Source: Paraspadella gotoi (lineage: Eukaryota > Animalia > Chaetognatha). From it: 15,781 nucleotides of DNA. Every line of letters starts with the position of its first letter. Positions within the stretch are counted from its first letter, which is position 1. Of this stretch, positions 1 to 7,678 are shown in pieces. Both the position numbers and the translations under genes were made by a program. The notes under the pieces are model-generated. The model was not told the DNA's origin. It searched no databases and saw nothing but the letters and a program-made list of their open reading frames with translations. The stretch lies in the NCBI GenBank assembly GCA_051294375.1, contig JBJCIZ010001520.1:1-15781 (forward strand), written 5' to 3'.

Positions 1-21
1 GCCCCCTTGGGGATAAGCGAA

Positions 22-370
22 TCATGAGCGTTCATTTGTTATTGTTTGGAGGGGATCGAAGCGTCCTCCATCACGGTTCAGAGAGGCTCGAGGCTTTGAT
101 GTAGATAGCCTCTCTAATACCTCTTGAAAAACCAATATTTGGTCCATGGGACAGCACGAGGCAGTCCGTCTCTCTAAACAGATGGCCAGAGGCTACAGAG
201 TGCTCTGAGATAGCTGACAGGTAGTGACCTCCGTGGAGTCACGGTAAGGTTTCGTATGTTGCTTGAACCGATCTGAGAGAGATTTTCCTGTCTCGCCCAC
301 GTATGCTGCTGTGGCAGGGTTGGTTTCCTTGCCTGCACAGGCCGCCCAATAGACGCTCCTGATGTTTTCG
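22..370 (-). pseudogene. PLE GIY-YIG endonuclease domain, frameshifted
   Basis: VYWAAC (~337-356), YVGETGKSLSDRFKQH (256-303), LSAISEHSVASGH (~182-220), RGIREAIYIK (~95-125) and LNRDGG (64-81) match the conserved C-terminus of PLE endonucleases. Confidence 0.92.
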
Positions 371-689
371 TTCTGGGGATTTTTGTCTTTCGCGTTTCAC
401 CAGTTGCTCACGTAGAGAACCGCGGGTCGTCAACTGAAGTGGAGATCCCTGCTTTGCCAGCACTCCGCACCAAAGCTTCAATGATCCCCTGGTGGTAGGG
501 GAGGGACAAGTGCCACGTTCTTGAGACGCTTCTGCTTATCTCCCATTTGCGCTGTGTGGGTGCGGCGTTTGGTCCTTCAGCAGCAGGTCCCGTTCTGCCT
601 CCTGGGGGCGGAGGTTGAACCTGCGTTAGCGGCTACTTGGCAGCCCTTGGTGGCCACTGCCCTCAGCTGGTTCTGCCGGAACCTAGCCT

Positions 690-1680
690 TCTCGAATGCC
701 ACAGAGGGTAACCATGAGCGCCAAGGCTTTTATTTGACATGCTCAGCTCGGCGGCCTGGAGCTCGGGGGTCGACGGAATCAGAAGAGCTCTCCTGGAAGG
801 GATCTGACTGTGGCGGCTATGTGTGACAAGGGGCGCGTGCGAATCAAAGGGAATGTATTGATCAGTATGCGTTGGTTTGCGATAGACAGACAAACTCCAA
901 TGAGCCGCCCCTCTTTGCGCTTTATTAAGCACATCGAGCATTGGAATTTTACCATTTCCTCTTTTTCACACGTCCACTTTGATACTCGCTCGATGCCGTT
1001 CAAGTGTGTTAGTAAGGGCTCAACGAGATCCTTTGCACAGCAGGATGGTATGTCTGCTTTCCGATACCAGAAGAGAACTGACTCTGCCCCATGCAGAGAT
1101 CGAAAAAGAAGCCAAAGCTTCCACCGTCATAGTCCTCCATATAGAAAATCTGCCAGAGGACTGAGGTTGAATTTGCCCATCCCTAAGCACCAGGCTGGGC
1201 ATAGTACCGTCCATCGGAACCTGAAGTAGCCAGTTCCAGGCTCGAGCCGCAGCAGTGCCATGGATATCATCCAATTGGATTGGCGTAAACGCTCGTGTAA
1301 CAACCGGTCTCCTTCAGGCGGCGTTCTGCGGATGCTAACGCCAGTCCCTGAGGGATGTAGTGAAACTACTTTTTAGTCACACGAGACCAAGAGAATGACT
1401 ATCGGGCACTATGAGATGCTGGAGCTTTTCTGTCAGATCGAGAGAATTTTTTGAGGGTGTGTTGGTTTCCGCAAGAGGAGTGAAAATGCGTCCCAACTCC
1501 TTCGTCAATTCCATTGAAAATGGAATTGCGGGCCGATACGAAGGGCGTAACGGTAAATCGGGCTTATGAAACTCGGCTGACCGAAGAAAAAGGCGGCTGC
1601 GTGAGTCAGGTTGACTCTATGGAATACTGCCGGGGTAACAGTATTCGCGAATTTTGCTTGTCACCGTCTGGATCTTAACT
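690..1680 (-). pseudogene. PLE reverse transcriptase and thumb domain, N-terminally truncated, many frameshifts
   Basis: ORF-track fragments 663..941, 779..1003 and 1020..1274 are pieces of one RT. SVYRKPTHTDQYIPFDSH is the characteristic PLE thumb motif, and the catalytic YxDD reads KAD here. Confidence 0.9.
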
Positions 1681-1887
1681 CTGTAAGCAAGAGCTCTTTC
1701 TCTCAACTTAATTTTCACTAACTCTTTACTTACCTATCCCTCATCACTTTTCTCTATTTTAATTCAACTTCTTTAACTCATTAATTTATTTTACAATGTT
1801 ACTATTAGTTTAACTATTAAGTTTGTATTTATTTCTCTATCATTGTTATACATTTACAAAAAAAAGTAAAGATTCTTCTCTTACCCC

Positions 1888-1891
<4 letters not shown>

Positions 1892-1928
<37 letters not shown>
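1892..1928. repeat. (TC)n microsatellite
   Basis: Perfect dinucleotide run. Confidence 0.98.
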
Positions 1929-1933
<5 letters not shown>

Positions 1934-2032
1934 CAAATTTCACCCAACTTCTTCCCCTGATCTTACCTTCACCTGTCTCATATCTGACCACTGTCCTCTT
2001 GCTCAAATTCTTTGTTGGAAACTCCCTCTTTT

Positions 2033-2036
<4 letters not shown>

Positions 2037-2065
<29 letters not shown>
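2037..2065. repeat. (TC)n microsatellite
   Basis: Perfect dinucleotide run. Confidence 0.98.
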
Positions 2066-2066
<1 letters not shown>

Positions 2067-2103
2067 AACTAATGTTAAAGAGTAAAAATATTGATAGTCA
2101 TAA

Positions 2104-2140
2104 CTGTGAAGACTCTTAAACTCAAGAGTCGAAACATGTC
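2104..2140 (+). ncRNA. Minimal Penelope-type hammerhead ribozyme motif; core has one missing A (CTG-TGA instead of CTGATGA)
   Basis: CTGTGAA, then a perfect 7-bp stem II GACTCTT (2111-2117) / AAGAGTC (2124-2130), then GAAAC ATGTC with a palindromic ACATGT stem III and a GUC cleavage triplet ending at 2140. AATAAA follows at ~2174. It lies next to a PLE. Stem I pairing is weak. Confidence 0.72.
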
Positions 2141-2783
2141 TGAGAGAATAATATCAATTCGTTGATAAAAACAAATAAAATTGTTTTTTTCTCCTAAACT
2201 TCAAAACGAAAACGAAATTGATAGTTTATACACAAAAGTATTTTTTAGGTATTCAGGCATGTTAAACGAGAAAATATTAAATAAAGCTACTACGAATTTA
2301 ACTCTGCATATCTTACGAAAATATTTTTAGTTGCTGGACGATATACAACTAAGTATTCTATATTCACTTTTCGGTCAGTAATTCAGTTTATCAGTTATTC
2401 TTTTTTTGGCATAATTTTTTTATTTAATATTTAGTTATTTAGATTAAACATTGTATAATATTGAATACTCGGTAGCTATATTGACTATAATATGAAAATG
2501 GTTTATTATAAATTATAAGTTGATGCAGCGCAACAACAAGAAAATACTATTCCTTTTTAATCCTTGAGATATGCAATAATTAAGAAAGATCATAGACATC
2601 GTCTTCCGACGACTCATCCAATATCGCGAGCCAAGATAAAGAAAATCTCGGCTTTTCTTAACTTTTTCATCTTTCCTACTTCTTTTTAACAGTCTTTGTT
2701 TACTCTTTTTTATATTTAACTCCCCCCCCGCTCTCTGACATTTTTTTTTCTTTCGGTTTCCTTTTATTTTCAGATACTCGAAC

Positions 2784-2799
2784 GAGAGAGAGAGAGAGA
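2784..2799. repeat. (GA)n microsatellite
   Basis: Short dinucleotide run. Confidence 0.9.
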
Positions 2800-3399
2800 T
2801 GAGAGGAGTGTAACATAATGGACAATCGACCAATCGCAAATCTTCTTACCATCGACTTGAGTCACAACTTGAGTTTCACACGCCCTGTAAAAAGCCGTAA
2901 AGGTTGACTGGGCGGTTTTAAACTTTTTGCCTCTCTGGGGCGACTAATAAATACTATAGATTCTCTACAATGATTCAGACAAGCTGCAGAGTGTTTATGA
3001 TTTGTTTTATCGAAATTTTTCATATAATTCAGAATACCATTAAAATCATGAAAAGTTTCGGTTGACTTTTGATTTCAATCTGTTACATCGTTAGAGTGTC
3101 ATCTCTTTCTTTTTCTTTTACTTGTCCCTGTCTCGGCAAAGACTACAGATCTCTTGGCATAACAATATGAATGTGATATGAACATTAGATTTACAGTTTT
3201 TATATATACCAACTAAATAATGTAGGATGAAATAATATATGTTACTTAGATCCAAGCAGCCCACGAAATATTCGTAAGGTGCACTAAGTGAGTGTCTGTT
3301 GAAAAATGGTCGTAGTTAAAAGAGTAAACAAGTTTATCAGGTATTATAAAAAATATATAAGCGAGCTTCGTCATTGTGCGCTACATAATTACATACATT

Positions 3400-3623
3400 C
3401 TTTTCATAACGTACATATTGAAATAGAGCTATTGTCTTGACAATTATTTTTAGTCCTGTTTCTTGTTTGGTATTACCTCCAATTACATCTCCCCCGATCG
3501 ATATTCATTAAGATCCGATTTTATAATCTTGAATATCTTTGATCACTGTTTCATCGCTTAATGAGTGCTTGCTTTTTGTTTTCTTTGGAGAAACCCAGTA
3601 AAAACAACGTTACCCGGTGAGAC
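3400..3623 (-). CDS. DUF229 gene probable last exon (VSPGNVVFTGFL...); stop codon not resolved
   Basis: Acceptor CTATAAAG| at 3624 gives IK|VSPGNVVF, matching the family's C-terminal xPGxxxF motif. Frame is lost downstream. Confidence 0.55.
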
Positions 3624-6606
3624 CTTTATAGTGGTTTAAAAAAAGCGTTTTTTCAGAAATTCTGATTTATACCTTTTTATTTATAATTATATTTTCCAAT
3701 TGGGAGATTCACCTTTATGGCTACAAAATATATTAATATATCTCCTTCAGTAAATTGAAACATTCCCTGACTTTAACGAACTCAAATGGACACAAAGATG
3801 GATTTTTAATTCTAGCGTTTAATAATATTTTAATAATACGCGCGCCACATCCGCAGCAACTGATGAGAGACATTGTTCCCTCGGCAGTAACAACTGGCAG
3901 ATTCAAGGGAATTCCCGCCGTTTTGCAGGTGCGGTTTTCGGTATCGAAGTCATGAGGGAAAATCTTCGAGCTAAAATGAAGACGCAGCCAATAAAATAAC
4001 TATTGAGCTAAAAGGAAACACGATGCGGGGATAAAACCTTCCTACCTTCGGAGCCAAGTCAGGCACAATGAATCACTTTTCCATCGATCCGTTTCGCGTT
4101 GCAAGATGTAACAATGTCTTAAGGTCTCGTTAATGTCGTAGGTAGCTAACAAGACGTTTAGTATTAGCGACGGGCGGCCACGCGTACAAACTCGGATATC
4201 GTTGGCGAAACCAATCAGTGAAAGACGATGACAGCATGGGCATACCTGTCTTCATGCCTTCCGACGGCTTTCCGTAGCAAAGAGCTCGGACTGTTCGAAA
4301 TCGCGTGATCAGCCCATCAAGAACCAGGAGAAAATATGAGTAGATCTGATTACTTGTGTTCGCAGTAATTACGCTACTCTAAGGAACTTCTTCTGTGCTC
4401 ATTCGTTGCTCGCGGTGGCGCAGCAACAAAATGTCCACTTACAAGCAATTCACCTCACTTCACCTACTAGTTACGCTCATTCAGGACGATAAATAGATGC
4501 GTGAGCAGAGAGTCTGTTGTCTCTCAACACTCTCCAAGCTCCTCATGCGTTGACTGAATCCTAGCCAACTGCTCAGATCGCAAAGGGTTTCTGCTTTTTC
4601 GAACAAACCGTGTCAAACGTGGCAGTCTGTTGGTCTCTCACTACCTACAGCCATTAAGTGTAGGATGAAAAGCGAGTTAAAGTACAAATTAGGCGAAAGC
4701 TCGGCGGGGCTGTGTCGCACTTCCTAGTCGTTTTTCAAGAACCAATCATAATAAGGTCTCCCACGATTTTCCTCCCACGCATCTTGTTTCTTGTAAGGAT
4801 CTTGCAAAAATCATTGTTGAACATTCAACTATTTTAATAATGAAAAAAAAAATTTAGTGATAGAACGACGCCAAGCAGAATGGCTGCTAAATGATGAAAG
4901 AAAAAAATTTTTTATTCATTATGATATATTATTACAAAAAATCGTCTTATATTAACATCTTTTGATTGAACTTGATATCCTAATAAAAAGAAACCCTCCA
5001 GCGGCCAGAGCCATGGGTTTTAAAGCGTGGTCTGATATTTTCTACTAGTCTGCTGGCCCATGCGCAACATGTTTGAAGCCAACGTCCCCAAATGCGCGTT
5101 CCAATACCCATTTCGAAGCAAACGAGGTCCAGACAAGGTCTTCCGCTCGGATAATTTCTAGGATACTATCCACCAGAAAATAACGGCAGCCATATTAGGC
5201 CGTTTAGACTTACAAAACCAACCTATCAAATTTTCAATGAATATTATAACATATAACAAAAAAAGTAAATTAAAGATGATTTATCGGAGGAGGAATTTTT
5301 CTCTCACCTTGTGTAACCGAAAAAACTCCAAGGCTCCCAGTTTGAGTGGGTTCAAAATAATTTCTTCAATTTAGCAAATACCTAATTAGTGTTAAGTCTC
5401 GCAAGGTTGAATCATAGCAGAATGACATTGAATCGACTATGGTTAAGTCAGTTGGCGACGCATTTGGCGCACAAGGTTCGCCCACTTCCCTTCCGCGCCT
5501 CGCCCACCTTGGGATCTCGATACGAGCGATTTACTGAGAAGAGCATCTTCTTCGGCGCTTTTTCGCACCCGACTTCTGCGTAGCTGGCATTAACTGGTCG
5601 TCGACGTCACTTAGGCTTGCGCGTCGAAACCGTACAGGCCCTCATTACTCCCCTTTTGCTCCTTGTTGGAAGTAATCGCCAGTAAAGCAGTAGAGCCCAC
5701 AGGAGGCACTTCAGTCAGAGGACGTTTTAACGAAAACGCGTTATTTTCTGATCATGGAAGAAATGATGAAATCGTGGAGTATCCTAACTTTTGCCGTACA
5801 TGCGTAGAGATATATATAATTCTTTATTACTTATCTACGCCACACCTTCACTTCTCAAACATAACGCGATATATCTTTAGAAAGAAATTATACTTTGGAA
5901 CAAGGCAGTTGTAGGCGAATCCTCAAATTCGCCTCCCGCTATACGGCTTGGGTGAAACTCAGCTTTTGAAAGCTAAGTACTCGCACTCACCAACCGCTGA
6001 GTTCCCCTGCTTCAATCCCCTCACGGTCACGCTGGTTAAAGCTGTGATGGTGTTGACACGCCAGTGACCATTAGGGTGGTCAACTCGGTCAGTGCAGGTC
6101 TAAAGCCTGAGCGCCAGCTGTTGAAGATGCCTAAACACCGCCTTGGCATCACACAATGTCCCCCGTTGCAATACAGTTTCATTTTAAATTTAAATATGAT
6201 TCTGCCCCAATTCTGTAAATTTATTAAGGTTGCTATGGGCCCAGGCCTACCAACACGGTCACTTTGATTTTCGAAGATCCTTTCATTCTCTTTGCATTTG
6301 AGCTCCTCTTCCTTCAGATGGAGGATGTAGAGGATCGAGGCGTTGAAAGGGTCGATATCGGGGACGACGCAGCCGCTCGTCGAGATCAGCGGCTTTGCCT
6401 TTGAGTTACAACGTTGAATTTAAAAAAAAATCGCATAAAAATTTATAATTAAAAAAAAAAAAGTATATTACCTGCGGTAAAGCTTGAGCTCTAAAAGTCT
6501 TCATATCTGGGCTGGCGATTTTTGTAGAGAATAAACTGTTAATTACGAAGAGTAACACGATTTGGAAAAGAGTCAGCAAAATGATCCATCGCCATTTCTT
6601 CTTCAT
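3400..6606 (-). CDS. DUF229-family (alkaline phosphatase/sulfatase superfamily) type II membrane protein, about 9-10 exons; exons after exon 2 are frameshifted (sequence error or pseudogene); 3' end approximate
   Basis: Motifs occur in DUF229 order: N-terminal signal anchor; GCVVPDIDPF..C; LYCF and YAEVGC; FNVILL..DS..RLN (~5395-5435); EFFGYxK|VG..PNM; LVWTSF..GY; SDHALKPMALA; CVGGK; STHEE; (A)DH(G) (~4300-4320); MPML..DWFRQRYP..ANTKRLV..YDINETL; RTCKTAGIP..CYC; IK|VSPGNVVF. GT-AG introns at 6399-6471, 5223-5307, 3971-4045 and 3624-3712. Confidence 0.85.
3713..3970 (-). CDS. DUF229 gene exon with RTCxxAGIP..CxC; frameshifted
   Basis: Acceptor TTTTAG| at 3971, ENRTCKTAGIP followed by SCYC in another frame, donor AAG|GTGAAT at 3713/3712. 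Confidence 0.75.
4046..4345 (-). CDS. DUF229 gene exon with the DHG motif and PxL..WF..YP..N..RL..YD..ETL; frameshifted
   Basis: Acceptor AATCAG| at 4346, donor AAG|GTAGGA at 4046/4045; strongest run of family motifs in the gene. Confidence 0.8.
4465..4828 (-). CDS. DUF229 gene, probably two small internal exons (~4725-4828 and ~4465-4645); boundaries approximate, frameshifted
   Basis: ETRCVGGKSWET..YYDWFLK in the first part and STHEEL..SVER..DSLLTHL in the second. Confidence 0.55.
4953..5222 (-). CDS. DUF229 gene internal exon (VG..PNM, LVWTSF..GY, SDHALKPM); 3' boundary approximate, frameshifted
   Basis: Acceptor TTGATAG| at 5223 restores GYxK|VG; later motifs occur in the expected order. 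Confidence 0.7.
5308..5770 (-). CDS. DUF229 gene internal exon(s) with the DS metal-binding strand and GYxK; 5' boundary approximate, frameshifted
   Basis: LYCFTGDYFQQG, VNASYAEVGCEK, RFNVILL/YDST/ARLN, GALEFFGY; strong donor AAG|GTGAGA at 5308/5307. Confidence 0.75.
5901..6190 (+). mobile_element. GC-richer structured insert in DUF229 intron 2; possible SINE or retrotransposon 5' UTR fragment
   Basis: Makes intron 2 several times longer than the gene's 73-89 nt introns. Contains stems AGGCGAAT/ATTCGCCT (5913-5934), AACTCAGC/GCTGAGTT (5956-6003), GGTCAC..CTGG/CCAGTGACC (6025-6069) and GATGCC/GGCATC (6126-6150). No DUF229 motifs. Confidence 0.4.
6251..6398 (-). CDS. DUF229 gene exon 2: AKPLISTSGCVVPDIDPFNASILYILHLKEEELKCKENERIFENQSDRV
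   Basis: Acceptor CTCAAAG| at 6399, in frame with exon 1, open throughout, donor TTG|GTAGGC at 6251/6250. CxxPxxDPF..C is the typical DUF229 N-terminal motif. Confidence 0.85.
6472..6606 (-). CDS. DUF229 gene exon 1: MKKKWRW plus hydrophobic signal anchor (45 codons, phase 0)
   Basis: ATG at 6606, basic N-terminus followed by IILLTLFQIVLLFVINSLF, donor CAG|GTAATA at 6472/6471. Confidence 0.8.
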
Positions 6607-6707
6607 TACGACAACGTTGAATTTCTTTGAATAATTTGGTTTTCAAATCAATTTAAAGTAAGAGCTTTAATTTTAAGTATGAATTAATGGAATGAAAAAG
6701 TTCTTTG

Positions 6708-6710
<3 letters not shown>

Positions 6711-6758
<48 letters not shown>

Positions 6759-6775
6759 CAGACAGACGGACGGAC
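6711..6775. repeat. (GA)n microsatellite grading into GACA/GACG tetramers
   Basis: Perfect GA run 6711-6754 followed by TAGACAGACAGACGGACGGAC. Confidence 0.97.
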
Positions 6776-6853
6776 ATCTTTTTTTTTCATGATCTAAGTG
6801 TCATACCGAGAAGCTTTTGGGTGGAACCGACGGACCGACAAAGTGAATTATAG
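6755..6853 (+). mobile_element. Possible remnant of a Helentron-associated (DINE-1/HINE-like) non-autonomous element
   Basis: GACAGACAGACGGACGGAC and CCGACGGACCGACAAAGTGAATTATAGA resemble the microsatellite-plus-subterminal region of such elements as I recall them. The terminal hairpin is absent. Confidence 0.3.
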
Positions 6854-6885
6854 AAAAAATGATGCAAGTTGAAAAAATGATGCAA
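6853..6885. repeat. Tandem duplication of GAAAAAATGATGCAA (18-nt period)
   Basis: Copies at 6853-6867 and 6871-6885. Confidence 0.85.
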
Positions 6886-7049
6886 ATTTGAGCGAGTTAA
6901 AAAAATGGATAGAGTCAAAAAAAGTATTTGTTTGTACCATAGTAACAGTTCAGTTTAATCCCTTGCAAGCGATCTACATATATATGCGTTTTATTTCGAA
7001 TTCAACAAGGTTGATTCAGTACATACATGAGCATCAAAAAAAAATAAGT

Positions 7050-7113
7050 CTAAAGACAAAACAAAGTAAAAGATTGAATGAAAACTACCACTAAAGACAA
7101 AACAAGGTTAAAG
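7050..7113. repeat. Imperfect direct repeat CTAAAGACAAAACAA(A/G)GT(A/T)AAAG (41-nt period)
   Basis: Copies at 7050-7072 and 7091-7113. Confidence 0.8.
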
Positions 7114-7566
7114 TTATTGATTAAAATATCTCAATCATTAAAGAATAATCTTAGAAATAAATTTTTTTCTACGCTGGTTAAACATGGTAATAATATCACA
7201 GTAATCAAATGAACTCCGCAGCTCTCTAATGCTTTCCCATCGGTTGAATCCGAATATTTTTCTGATGCCATCATTAATAGCAACATTAATTCTGTTCATG
7301 TCTCGAGCCCAAAAAGATTTTACCTCACAGTCATATAGTAGTATAGGGACACAATTCGTATAAAACAGCCATTGGTTTGGATGTTACGATCCTGTCATGA
7401 TCAGTTAGGATCACAAATTGAAAAAAATCATCGTTAATTATCAATTATAAAGAAGAGAGATATTCGGCTCCCATATCATCCTATTGCTGATCACCTTATG
7501 TCATAGGCAATGACATAGCTAGCTATGCATAGCGAGTAGCATCAGCAACCAAGAGTCAAAGCTCAC

Positions 7567-7678
7567 CTTCAAACGTCGTTTATAAACGGCGGCCGGAACA
7601 TTTTGGAACTGGTCGCAGCGCAGGTCACACTGGCGACGAACGACAAACGAATGATGAAGGTCGACCGGGAGAGGCAGA
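7567..7678 (-). other. Candidate spliced exon of unknown assignment (5' UTR exon of the DUF229 gene or part of another gene)
   Basis: GC-rich island bounded by TGCAG| (7679) and a consensus donor AAG|GTGAGC (7567/7566). One frame is open (LPLPVDLHHSFVVRRQCDLRCDQFQNVPAAVYKRRLK) but is not recognised. Confidence 0.4.

Larger units (their letters stand above)
1..1680 (-). mobile_element. Penelope-like retroelement (Penelope/Poseidon type), 5'-truncated and frameshifted; 3' end probably continues beyond position 1
   Basis: Minus-strand translation across frameshifts gives the PLE motif order: FFGQP..HKPDLPLRP (~1540-1590), KELGRIFTPL..KNSLDLTEKL (~1430-1505), MG..LSPLA..YMED (~1130-1180), FWYRKAD (degenerate WxRYVDD, ~1050-1075), LDVL..SVYRKPTHTDQYIPFDSH (~835-941), HGYP (~705), LPYHQG linker (~485-505), then the GIY-YIG domain. 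The region is clearly GC-richer than the sequence to its right. Confidence 0.95.
1681..2200 (+). mobile_element. Probable PLE 3' UTR / pseudo-LTR, inverted relative to the PLE ORF
   Basis: Begins where PLE homology stops, is AT/pyrimidine-rich, and ends with a hammerhead motif plus AATAAA. Identity to the element's own 3' end cannot be tested inside the window. Confidence 0.4.

Noticed and set aside
521-1229. Plus-strand ORFs 521..826, 810..1229 and 979..1164
   Set aside because: Antisense shadows of the minus-strand PLE coding sequence.
2513-2839. 108-aa Lys-rich minus-strand ORF
   Set aside because: No ATG start, crosses a GA microsatellite and T runs, and has no recognisable domain.
2925-2952. 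GCCTCTCTGGGGCGACTAATAAA as a Helentron-type terminal hairpin
   Set aside because: Only a 5-bp stem with a G-T pair, and no matching subterminal repeat found.
3860-3900. CTGATGA followed by GAG..CTC as a second hammerhead
   Set aside because: No GAAA after the putative stem II, and it lies antisense within a DUF229 exon.
3755-6267. Plus-strand ORFs 3755..3955, 5389..5583, 5663..5914 and 6064..6267
   Set aside because: Antisense to DUF229 exons or inside the intronic insert. The SDHG in 5663..5914 is on the wrong strand and in the wrong order to be the family motif.
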